Source: Geosiphon pyriformis uo1 (lineage: Eukaryota > Fungi > Glomeromycota). Taken from it: a stretch of 64,000 nt of DNA. Positions 12,601-25,883 of this stretch are shown here, piece by piece (the stretch's first letter is position 1; the number at the start of each line of letters is the position of its first letter). Under the pieces are notes generated by a model. It saw only the letters and a list, made by a program, of their open reading frames with translations. It was not told where the DNA came from and searched no databases. The stretch is taken from assembly GCA_016748015.1 (NCBI GenBank), contig JAAOMT010000128.1, forward strand, positions 689,538 to 753,537, in the 5' to 3' direction. The translations under genes and the position numbers were made by a program.

Positions 12601-14303
12601 ATTTTCTGGTGGGCATGGTTAAGATTTTTCTGTGCAATGAGCTATCTCTGTCAAATAGATTGCCTAATGCTTTCTGTAGTCCTAGTAATTTTCCTGTGTT
12701 CTCTATCTTGGAGAGTTCTTTGCATTTCAATTCAGTCTATTCTTTGAAGCATTTTGGTGTGGCTTTTGGTGATAGATTGTTTGACAAAAAGGGGCATATT
12801 ATGAGTTGGGCGACTTTTCGGCATTGGAAGAAACTGGGGCCAAGGGGTCCTGTTCTTCACTGGTTTATGGTTGTGTCTGATTTTTTTTGTGGCATTGGAG
12901 CCTCGCTGGCCGGTTCTGTGAAGTCTACTTGCCTTTCTGGAGTAAGCATTTTGGATTTTAAGGAGTTTTTTGTAGTTGTTAGTAAGTTGCATGAGGTTTG
13001 GTCTGACTTGTTTGAGGTTTTTACAGATGGCTCGTTAAAAAATTTGGGTAGTGCTGATGTTGCCAGTGGTGTGGTGGCCTTTTTTTCTGTTATTGATATG
13101 AGTATTGGCATTAGTGTTAATGGGCTGTTGTCTTCTACTATGGCCAAACTGCAAGCCATTGCTTTGTCTTTAGAGTGTGTTCCGTCTTCTTGTACAGTGA
13201 TCGTGCATGCTGACAGCCAAGTGGCTATTGATGTGTGCATTTCTGAAATGTCATTGTCCGTGCCTGATTTCCATTCCTCTTGTTGGTTGGAGAGATGCCA
13301 GATTTTTGATTTGGTTTATGAAAAGAATCTTTCTGTACATTGGGTTAAGGTCAAAGGGCATTCTGGAGTTGTTGGTAATGTTAGAGCTGATGCTGCTACT
13401 GGGGATGCTGTTTTTTTTCATTTATCTTTGCCTGTTGGTGTCCAGAAGTGCTTTTTAGTTGCTAAGAATACACCAGTCTCTAGTAATACTTGTTATTTTG
13501 TTCGGAATTTGTATAAATCTGTTTGCTGTGCATGGTGGGAGACAGGACCTGGCCGTGATGTGATTTTTGATGTGCTGATTGAGGCCGTGGATTGGGATGT
13601 TACTGTTAGGGTGTGGCATCCCGATTCACATATGTTTATTGGTTTTACTAGTCAGAGGTCTTCTTGTCTTTGCATGTATCTGATGAAGGCTGTGCACCAA
13701 TGGCTTTCTGTGGCGGTTAGGAAATGTTTGTATGATAAACTGTACCCTGGTGTGCTGTGCTTATTGTGTCATAAGATGGAGTTACTAGACCATGTTTTCA
13801 CGTGTTCTTATAATGTAGAGGTTTGCAAGGAGGTTCTGGTCACAGCGTATTCAGACTGGCTATCTGTGGTCAGTCCTCATGGCTTGTCATTCTTTGCTGT
13901 TTTGCAATCTCTTGGTTGGTGTTCTTTGGATGTTGGTTTGTATTCAGTTCTGTGTAAAGAGTTTGTGCTGAGGGAGTGGTGTAAAGAGGCAGTGGAAATT
14001 TTGGATAGTAAGAAGGAGGCTGTTAGCACTGTGGTTGGTTTTGTTGGGTGTTTGGTTGAGCTACATCACTCTAAAGCCTGGTTGGCGAGATTGGCATTTA
14101 GGGTGAGAATAGAGAAGACTGGTCTGGTTGGGGATGATGGTTTGTTTTCTGGTTTGTCTTGTTGCTTGGGTTCTTTGTTGCCTGATAAAGTGGTAAGGAT
14201 GCTTGGCGTTGCTGGCTCTTTTGCTGTTAATTTTGGCCATCACAGGTCTTACATTTTTTTCTCTGGTCTGAATGGTAGTCCTAGTGTTGATATAGGTGTG
14301 TAG
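9612..14303 (+). pseudogene. LINE ORF2: APE endonuclease, reverse transcriptase, RNase H, C-terminal zinc knuckle; 7 in-frame stops
   Basis: APE motifs ATCNVQGIN, GDFN, IDYIF. RT motifs LIPK, PIALIET..KIL, QDMQKAYDSV, QGEVFSP, FVDD, YLGI. RNase H motifs FTDGS, DSQ, VKGHSG..GN..AD. Knuckle CLLC..MELLDHVFTC. One reading frame throughout, with stops at 9762, 10164, 10899, 11292, 11598, 11772 and 11961. Confidence 0.95.
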
Positions 14304-15080
14304 TGTTGTCTTGTCTGGCCTGAGTGGCTAGCCACATATAGTAAGTGCGTAAACTGTGTTTAGTTTGAGCCTCTTAGTTTGGTTCTATGTACTAGATAGC
14401 AGTTGGACTTCACTCGTTAAACGTATTAATAAAAAAAAATATATTTATATATTTTAAATCTGTATTTAAAATAATATTACATTTTATAATCAATTTTTTA
14501 ATTTTATTTAAGCTTAATTTAGATGTAAATATAAATTTAAGAATCATAAAAAAATAATAGTCATAAAGTTTTATTAAATTAAAACTTAATTTTATTAAAA
14601 ACACAAAAATTAAAATTTTTTATGCAAAAAAAAAAAAATTGATTGTTATTTTTAAAATTAAAATCAGATTGTTTAATTGAATTTTTTAATAAATATAAGT
14701 ATTTTATAATATTATATTATTTAATAAATTAATTTTTTTTAATTTTATTATAACAAAATTAAAATTATAAATAAAATTATTGGCTAATATTTTGTAATTT
14801 AATATTATTAACTTTTAATATAATTTGATAGTTTTAGTTAATTTAAAAATTTTTAATTTAAATTTTTTGTATAAAAAACATAAATTTAATAATTTTATAA
14901 TTTTTAATACTTAATATTTAACTTTTTTTGTGCTTAAGCAAACTTATTTTCATATTTATTAACTTTTTAATAAATTATTTAACTTTTGATAAGTTTTTAA
15001 TTTTACATATTTTTTATTAAACAAATTTTTAATAGCATAATTTTAACACTTATTCTTTATAACAAGTTAATTTAACAATA

Positions 15081-15082
<2 letters not shown>

Positions 15083-15111
<29 letters not shown>

Positions 15112-15220
15112 CAAAACAAAACAAAACAAAACAAAACAAAACAAAACAAAACAAAACAAAACAAAACAAAACAAAACAAACCAAAACAAAACAAAACAAA
15201 ACAAAACAAAACAAAACAAA
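15083..15220 (+). repeat. (AAAAC)n microsatellite, ~27 units, one variant unit
   Basis: Directly visible tandem repeat, followed by a short (AAT)n. Confidence 0.98.
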
Positions 15221-17066
15221 ATAAATAATAATAATAATAATAAAATTAGTGTTTTAATTATAATTAAAAACCATTAATCTAATATAATAATATTTAATAA
15301 TTATATTTTAGACTTTTGAAATTTATAAGCAGTTTTAAGTTAATAAATTATTAATAAAATTATTAAATTAATTACAAGTTTTTTGTTAATATAATTAAAT
15401 AATATATTTATAAAGTAAAAATTATTTTTAAGTTTAAAAGTTTAATTTATTAAAATTCTTAAATTTTTTTTTAGTATTTTTTAGTATTTTTAGTATTTTT
15501 GGAATTTCTGGTATTCTTGTAATTATTAAATTATTTTGTTAATGCTATTATTTAATTGGTAAATTTTAATATTATTTAATTTTGCTATTTTATATTCAAA
15601 TAATATTAGTTTTTTTAATATAATATTTTTTATGTTTTTAATATTTAATTTACTATTAGTATTATTATAAAAACTATCTATTTTATTGTTTTAAAATCCA
15701 AATTTCTTAGAAAAATTATTAGACTTAAAAATTTTTATATTTATATTATTAATAGAAAAATTTAATAATAATATTTTAATATTAAATTTTTTAATCTTTT
15801 TGTTTAATTATGTTTAATAATATTTTTTTTTAGCACCAAAGCAAATTTTTTTTTACTTTTTTCTTTAATTATGATTATAACAAAAATGCTTATTGTGTTA
15901 ATAAAAATGTATTAAAAGAAATAGTTTATAAAAAATTAAATAAGAAAAAAACAATCGAAATATTTTTTTTGTGGTTTAAAGATCAATAAAAAAAAAGAGT
16001 TTTTTATTTTATTTTTAAACAATAATAATAATTAAAAATTTTTGTTATTGGTTTGTTATTAAATATTTTAAACTTTTTGCAATAATTGTAAAAAATGTTT
16101 TTAATGTGTTTTTTAAATAAAATTTTGATTAAAAAAAACTTTTAAATTTGTATTATATAAAAAAAAATTCTCATAAAATATTTTGTTTAAATGGTTTTTT
16201 TGCTTTATTTTAATTATAAATATAATATTTACAAAATTAAAAAACATAAAATTTTGAATTAATAATAATTTTTAAAATTCGAAATTATTGATTTTAAAAT
16301 TAAAATTGACATAAATCAAATAGATATATTAATTAAATAATTATTTTAAAAATTAGTTTTAAATATAAAAATTAATTATTAAATAATTGTAATTAACTAA
16401 ATATTTATTTTTTTAATAAACAATTATAATCTAAATAATTGTAAAAATTATTATTTTTTTATTAAAAATATTATTATTAACTATTTTTTTGCAGATTTCT
16501 TTTTTTATCATTATTTAAATTAATTAATTTTTATTTTTAATGTTATTTATATTAATAAGTTTTTTTTAATAATATTAAGTTGTTAACATTGAACTATTAT
16601 TTATTCTATAATTAATAAATAACTTCATTTATTAATTATAACACAATATCTTTGATTAATTAAAATAAGTTAAATAAAAAATATTGTTATTAATAGATAA
16701 TTAATATTAATTAAATAATAAATTGGAAATATGCTAATTAATCCGAGAATATACAACAAATAGTTAACACGTATATTATTGTAATTATTACAGTGATTTT
16801 CAAATTTTGTCTTTTATTTTGTTTGATAGCAATAACCGTGAATAGTTTAATTAGAGACAAAAAGCAAAAATTTGGCCGGATTCATATTAATGTGTGTAAA
16901 AAATACAACAACGCGTACATTCTCAGAAAAAAACTTGTTTTGTCGACCAGTCGGGAAATTTTCGAGTTCGTGCGACCCTAATCCTTGTTTATATATTATC
17001 AGATAGACAAGCTCAGCGGGCTTTCTTTTCATATTATAATATATACCAAATCTGTTCGATTAACAA

Positions 17067-18882
<1,816 letters not shown>

Positions 18883-19124
18883 AATATTTTTTTATAATTT
18901 TTTTCTTCACTTAATTCCATTTTGCTTATTTATTTTGGTATGGAAAATTTCGATTTCTTCTATAAAGACGCCAGTTTTATTTAAAATAAATTAATCAAAA
19001 AATTTCATGAGAATTTCATTCTAATCATGGGATCAGACATAATCAAAAAAACAGAAGGTAAAATATCGCGTTTGGCAAATTAAATTCAAAAGTCTCTGAA
19101 AATTACAGCTTTTTATGCAGAAGA

Positions 19125-22100
19125 ATGTTCTATCCCTTCAAATATTCTTGTGCTTTTCAAAACTTCCGAGAGCAGCATGTCTGTTTTTTTCAGTCTTCTT
19201 TGATCAAGGTTTTCGTTAATTCTGAAGGAGGGTTACAATATGAATATTTTGTTGCAAATCGTGAAGAAACTAGTAAAAACACGTGTTGTTGGCTCACCCA
19301 AGGAACGTCGATTGTCAACCCCACCCAAGGTAAAAAAAAAGAATGCAATTTTCGGAATCAGTAAGGGGCACTCGTTTGAATTAACTCAAGATTAAACAGC
19401 GTCGAAATTTTTTTTGTCTCCTTCGACCTTACGTCATCTTTTTTAAATTTCTTTCCAAGCCTACCTCTACCCTAACATCACTGCCTTATCAGTCGTAACA
19501 GATTATTCTTTTGGAATGTAATATATTCTTGATCAATATTTTTCAAATTATTGAATATAAAAAACCAAATTAATTATGGCAAACTGAAATTTTATTGTTT
19601 TTGACTCCCTTTACTTTAGCCTTGCTCCTTTTGTATTATTGTGCAACTCTAGCGAAACAGAGTTTCAATTGTATCGCCTGGGTGAATTCGCTAAATCATG
19701 GGAGATCAAATTCACAAAAAATGAAGTAGAAATGGGCATGTTCTGTGGTAAGATTGCAGGAAAAGTTAAATGTTGATACAGAATTTTCCGCTATATTTTG
19801 ATTAACCTGCCAGATGTTGTGTCGTGTGATGAATTTTAGCCGCCACAATTCTGAATGGTCCTTCAGTCGTGTTTGTTTTTCAAGAACCCGTTGATCCCTC
19901 AAGCGCAGATCTCATTTTTAGTGATGCCAACACCGTCATCATCCTATGGCGGCCAATTTTAGAAAACAACGCGGTGATTACTAAAGTTTCTCTCTTTGCC
20001 AACCTCGTATATGGAGTTATTGTGGATGATCATCAAGACTACATTGAAAATATTACTTCAAATCCTGCCACCTCTGAAATTTTATCGAGCAAATTGATTG
20101 TACATTGTCCTTTGAATGAATCTTCTGTCAAATTCATTAATTTTAATAGTGAGGTGGAAATGGCATTTGATGAGACGAAAAACTTTAAAGGGATACCTGG
20201 GACCTACGCAAGAAATGCGACATGTATTTTACCAGTTAGTTCTACTTATACTGAAGGTCCCAGAACAATCTTGGTAGGGACGTTGCAGCAACAGATTATT
20301 TGTTTAAAATCAAGTCCTGTTGGGGATTTTTCTGATGGGATTTCAAAAGGTGATTGGGCCACACCAGTATGGTGTATTGATATACCAGGAAAGCCAATAT
20401 GGCTGTAAGTTGAGACAGCTGAAATTCAACATTCTTAGCTCGAAAGATTTACTGTGATATCGTCTAACTCTATATAGTGAAGAAATTTATCCTCATGAAG
20501 ATTGTGTTGGATGTAATACTGTGTTGACCGTACAACTTGAAGATGGCGCACACGTCTTGATCAATATTGAAAATGGGAGCATCCTCGAAGGTTTTTCAAA
20601 TTGTGAATTTTTTAATTATTAATAAGTTGATACATTTTAATTCCTTCTAGGGTTCTCTAACGAATATATATGTGCACACGGTGATTTTTTAAATTCTGGA
20701 TATGATCAAGTATTAACGCTACCAATTTTGAGTCTTGATAATACAACTACTTGGCAGATACATGATCTGAACTCTCGAAAAGCTCAGATTACGCCCGGGA
20801 CATTTCCAGAATTGTTAGGTTCTTGATGCTCACTCTGTAACAAATGTATTTATAGCGTTTTTAATCAGTAACCAATACTTGAACCTAATCCATGTTACTA
20901 GGGACTGCAGAGAGCAATGGTCCTTATCTAAACTCAGTATTAGAATCTTTGAAGTTAAGAGTGGTCGATGAACAGGCGAGGATCAAAAAGATGAAAGACA
21001 TAGTAAGGAAATGTCTATGTCTAAAAATTTTCTATAATTTAAAACTTAAATACTTTGGTTTTAACAAATTAAGGGTTATTTAGATTAAACAAAAGTATAA
21101 TACCCTAATACAATGCGAGGAGTTTCTACAATCACTTTCCGATTCCTTCACCATTGACTATAGGCAATTTCTCATACCATCCCACCAAAAAAACATCCGG
21201 AGAAATCATTTATTGCAACAGAAGTCACACATCAAATTGCTACCACTTTTACCCCCAATCCAAGGTCGTAATTGTGAATCTTCTGGTAATGGGAAAACGG
21301 CTCCCTTAAATGAAAATAATGAATCGGATCAAGCTGAAAAACAATATGTGGCAATATTTTCAGCAAGAGCATGCTTTGGAGGGACAAAGTTAGGAGATCA
21401 AATATTGCTTGAATCAGTTATCAAGAACGTTAGCAGGTATGATATTGAATGGCTTTTAAATTAAAAAATTTTACTTATTCATACTCACTATAATTCAAAT
21501 GTATTAAAGCACCGACGTATATGATGTCCATTTGACTCCATATCTCAAAGGTCTAAATCCTTCAATCACTGCAATATCAAGGTCGCGATCCACATGTGTG
21601 GAGATTATCCCATCCTCGGCTGGAAAAATCATCCTCACAGCAATCGTTGATTTGCCTATGGATACTGTCGTTGATTGTTCCGACTTTGGGGCATTCGTAT
21701 GTTTTTCTATAACCAAACCGCCTTTGAATTTCGATGTGGGTAATGATCCATTGATGATGGTGAACGAATGTAATGCAGAATGGAGGATGGTGTGCATAGA
21801 TAATTTCCGTTCAGCGAACACAGTAGATCATGGTAATTTATTTCATAATTTACATTTGCAATTTGAATTTTATTGACAAATGAGCCAATCTGATTTCCAT
21901 GAAAAAATCTTGTTTTAACCTTGGGATTGGGTAAAACAAGATCACAAACTTTTGTTTCCGTCAATGGTTGATATTAATTTGTTTGCGGTGAGCCAAACTT
22001 CAGGAACCACAACTTTGTCGAATAAGCACACGAGTTTGTCCATTATACCCTATTTATTGGAGCAGTTTCTTGGAGCTTGGGAATTTCCGGTTAAGGTCAT

Positions 22101-22679
22101 GGATAAAGGATTTTTCTTTGCCATTTTCTCTTGATATTTACTATAAATTTTCTTTCATTTAAATTAGGAATATAGTATAACTGTGCCAATTGATTCAAAT
22201 GAGCGACCTCCTCGAACATTGAGCTACCAGGGAAATGATGAATCGTACGTCATAGTTCTATATCCGATATTAGAAAGCCCTGACGCTCCAAACAGCACAA
22301 ATATTACAGCTCAACAAAGAATTCAAATCTATGGCAAAAATGATCGCACGGTGTTGGGGATAGTACGAACTTTGGGGCGAAATTTGCCAAATGATATCCT
22401 TTTTAATTCTTTTGAATCATTCTCAGTATGGAGAAGCTTTAATTCTGATCTTCAAATTCAAAATCCATTTTTAACTCAATAATGCTTTTGATTTATGTAC
22501 AGCGCATGATAATATCAATGGCTCCCGCGCTAAGTATTATCAATCCGAGTGAACTTGAAAAAATATTAATAAATTTTAAGAGCGCCATTCAGTTTCATAA
22601 CCAACCCAGCAAAGGTGAAAAAATACTTCAAAGACGTGAATTTTGCCTCAAATTGGCAAGATTCATAAACACGAGATAG
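19125..22679 (+). CDS. Multi-exon protein, candidate FANCB-like (beta-propeller, coiled coil, beta-sandwich)
   Basis: Spliced exons give ILVGTLQQQIICLK...VWCIDIPGKP...VLTVQLEDGAHVLINIENGSIL...GDFLNSGYDQVLTL...WQIHDL, then a coiled coil and IILTAIVDL. The start codon is uncertain (another ATG lies at 19027). The gene is well supported; the family call rests on remembered similarity. Confidence 0.6.
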
Positions 22680-22756
22680 ATTAATTACCAAATGATTAAA
22701 ATAAATCTAGCTAGTATTATAGAGAAATCTATTTTATAGCCACTTTTCCAAAGAAT

Positions 22757-24539
22757 TCAATCAGACTCTCTAATTAAAACACCCTTTCGACTTAAATAAT
22801 TTTTTACGCTTTGGATGGGTACTTCACGTCGATGAAATATACCTGCAGCTAAAGCCGCTTCAACACTGGTCTCTTCAAACACCTGAAAAAAGTGTTCTTC
22901 ATTTCCAGCGCCACTTGAAGCGATAACAGGTATTCGTATTGCATCTTTAACATCACGAATAAGCTCCAATTCATAACCAGAATTTGTTCCATCCTTGTCT
23001 ATACAATTCAACAAAATTTCACCGGCTCCCATTGCTTCACATGCCGTTACCAATTGATGAACGTCAATATCACGCCCTTCGCGACCTCCTTTCACTGTGC
23101 ACTGATACCAACAATAAGCTTCTCCCGTGGGACCAAGTGTTGAAATTTTAACACAATGGTGTTGCGTATCTGAAGGGGATGAAACATATACGCGTTTGGG
23201 ATCTACAGATATTACGACCGCTTGAGATCCGTATTTTTCAGCAATCCTTTCAATAGCCGTATCTCCTGTGCACCTTTTTCCGTTCGCCAGATACTTTTCC
23301 ACAGCATAAACAGCATCACTACCAATGGAGACTTTGTCAGCGCCGGAACGAAAATATTCACCAGCTACATCAAGAGCAGAATGAAATTTGCCGTCTGGAT
23401 CAGTGATATCACGAATTCCTCCACCAATTGTCAACGGTACAAATACGGTTTCCGATGTAAGTCTTAGAATTTCAAGCATTGGCAAATCGGCAAGTGGACA
23501 ATTACGAAAACTTGTAATGTTTAAAAAAACAATTTCATCTGCTCCTTCGGCGAAATATCGAGTGGCCAGCTCTACAGGTTTTCCAAGATTACGTATTTGC
23601 CCAGCTTCCAAATTTTTTATGATTCCGTTCTTATTTTCGGCAACGATATTACGTTCGCGCACATCATACTGATCACCCTTTGTGACCACAAGATCCCCTT
23701 GATCATTTGTACGAACATCCAAGCATGCTATTATTCGTTTAGTAAAACGATCTTTACTCAACATGACAGGATTTTTGTAGATAGTTTCCCCCGTTACTCG
23801 CATTAATTTATTTGGTTCCAAAAAAGCTCGCAAAATTCTAAGACCTGCGTAGCCACTCTTTTCTGGGTGAAATTGCGTGCAAAAAACGTTATCCTTTTGT
23901 ACTACACTCACAAATCTTTCAGTGCCATATTGAGTAGTAGCCAGAGTCCATTCTCGGATTTTCTCGGTATAAGGTACTGCGTATGAGTGCAAAAAATAAT
24001 ACACCGAGTCAGATTTAATGCCAAAACTGAGAGATTCGTCAGCAGCTTTTTGATTCTCTATGATAGTTTCCTTCATCGGAAAAACCTCATTCCAACCCAT
24101 GTGCGGAACAGATTTATTTTCATCTTTTTCATTAAAACGTCGTATAATCCCCGGAATTACACTTAATCCGGATACTCCAGGCGATTCCTCTGAGCCTTCG
24201 AATAATAATTGCAACCCAACACAAATACCCATAAACGGTTTTCCCGAGCCAATATATTGTTTGAGTGGTTCGACGTACTTTTTTGACACCAAAGATTGCA
24301 TGGCATTCCCAAACGCGCCTACTCCAGGGAAGATCAGTTTCTATGTTTCAGGGGCAGTCAAAGCAAGAAACACTCAAACTTCACAAAATTACAGTGTATA
24401 AAGTGATTTTACTCACATCAGCAATTAAAACGTCAGATGGTTGGTTCACCCACTTTATTTCATAGCCTAAAAGATTCACGGCGTTGACCAAACTCCTAAC
24501 GTTGCCTGCTCCATAATCTAAAAGATATAAACCTCCCAT
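22757..24539 (-). CDS. HIS7: Imidazole glycerol phosphate synthase, HisH-HisF fusion
   Basis: MGGLYLLDYGAGNVRSL, PGVGAFG, GICVGLQ, QFHPEKSG, RIIACLDVR, GGGIR, IDKDGTNSGY. One intron at ~24342-24415. Confidence 0.98.
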
Positions 24540-24918
24540 TTCCAATTTTTCTTGTTTTAAATTACGTTGATCCACTATCTCAGATTTAATGTTTAAAATC
24601 TCAGCCAATTAAAACAGTTTGTCATATACTGTAACATAAAATATATGCAAAAATAAAAAATCAAAATTTTGTATAATATTTAAAATATGATTTTTCTATG
24701 TAAGCATAATACAAATTTTTATGTTTTTTTAGGAAAATTTCATTGTTCATTGCAAAAACATTTATTCAAAAGTTTTGATTTAGGCTTGAACCAAAAAATG
24801 CTTTTAAAAGGTTTAAACTATTTATTATTAAAATAATTTCCCAGTTGCGTTTTAATCACGCACGTAGAGCTTATATAATCTCCAAACAAATAATTACAAA
24901 CCTTGATTACTATTTTCA

Positions 24919-25725
24919 ATGATCAAAATAATTCCATGGAACCAAAATTTAAGAGGCTTTAAACCCTTTTTGACACATCAGCGAAATTCTTCAATATTTT
25001 ATAAATGGCATAATCATCTTAGCTTCTTTGTAAAATCATTGTCTTCGAAATTATCGCCATCATCAATTGACAACATTCAATCTGGAGAACATCTTTCAAA
25101 AAAATTACAATCCGACAAGATTCCAATTGAAAGTGATTCCGAACCAGCCACGTCCTCAAAAAAGAAAAATGGCTCGAAAGCAGATAAAAAATCTCGTGTT
25201 CAAATTGTTCTAAATGAGTCTGATCTAGCAGAAAGTTTTATTAGAGGAACTGGACCTGGTGGACAGAAAATTAATAAAACCTCAATTTGTGTTGATCTAA
25301 AACATATACCGACAAATATTCGGGTTCGAGTAAGGGTCATATTTTTAAAATAACTCTATTCTCAATTTTCTTTGCTTACATGAGAATGTCTCTTAATGTA
25401 GTGTCAACAAACGCGATCACGCCAAGAAAACCGAGGTATCGCACGAAAACTAATGAAAGAGAAATTAGATCAATATTATAATGGCGATTTGAGTAAATCT
25501 GCAATGAAGAGAGAGAAAATTAAAAAGAGAGAGGCAAAGAGAAAAAGTAGATCAAAAGCCAAATATGGGGAAAAAGGGGTTAGAAAAACCAAGGATGTGA
25601 ATTTAGAGGCGAAAAATAACGCTACTTATAAAAATCAGAGCAATTTTCAACAAGATTTCAGTGACAGTGATGACGACAATAAAGAGGCTCTGGATGAAAA
25701 AGCAAATCTACTTCCTCATAATTAA
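24919..25725 (+). CDS. Mitochondrial peptidyl-tRNA hydrolase / rescue release factor (C12orf65/MTRFR-like, RF-1 GGQ domain)
   Basis: [24 protein letters not shown], intron ~25330-25402, then [16 protein letters not shown] and a basic tail. Presequence-like N-terminus. Confidence 0.9.
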
Positions 25726-25883
25726 AATTTCAGGCATTATTTATTTATTAGAGTACACTGTAATCTAATTATATCGTTTTAACCTGATGATAATATCACA
25801 TAAATATATCTACATTATCTAGGGACCAATTATCCTCTTGTAAAATTTGTTCTAATATACAATGTTCATCCCCTTTCTGGGCT

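Larger units (their letters stand above)
7548..14438 (+). mobile_element. Full-length non-LTR retrotransposon (LINE; ORF1 + APE-RT-RNaseH-CCHC ORF2), inactivated
   Basis: Pyrimidine-rich 5'UTR shared with the ghost copy, two ORFs, and a conserved 3'UTR ending aataaaaaaaaa. Confidence 0.95.

Noticed and set aside
9591-14243. Antisense ORFs within the LINE (e.g. 11043-11603, 12857-13240)
   Set aside because: Shadow frames of a compositionally skewed ORF2; no motifs.
7520-14455. Target-site duplication (tatatttata on both sides of the LINE)
   Set aside because: Too low in complexity in this AT background, and not flush with the inferred 5' end.
15083-15245. Tandem array as CRISPR or telomere
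   Set aside because: A simple pentamer microsatellite with no spacers; not TTAGGG.
1-16700. AT-rich flanks as organellar insert or endosymbiont (Mollicutes-like) DNA, or an alternative genetic code
   Set aside because: The recognisable parts are mutated nuclear retroelements, and all three stop codon types occur at positions explained by transitions.
24540-24608. N-terminal extension of HIS7 in the ORF track
   Set aside because: Starts at TTG; homology begins at the ATG at 24539.
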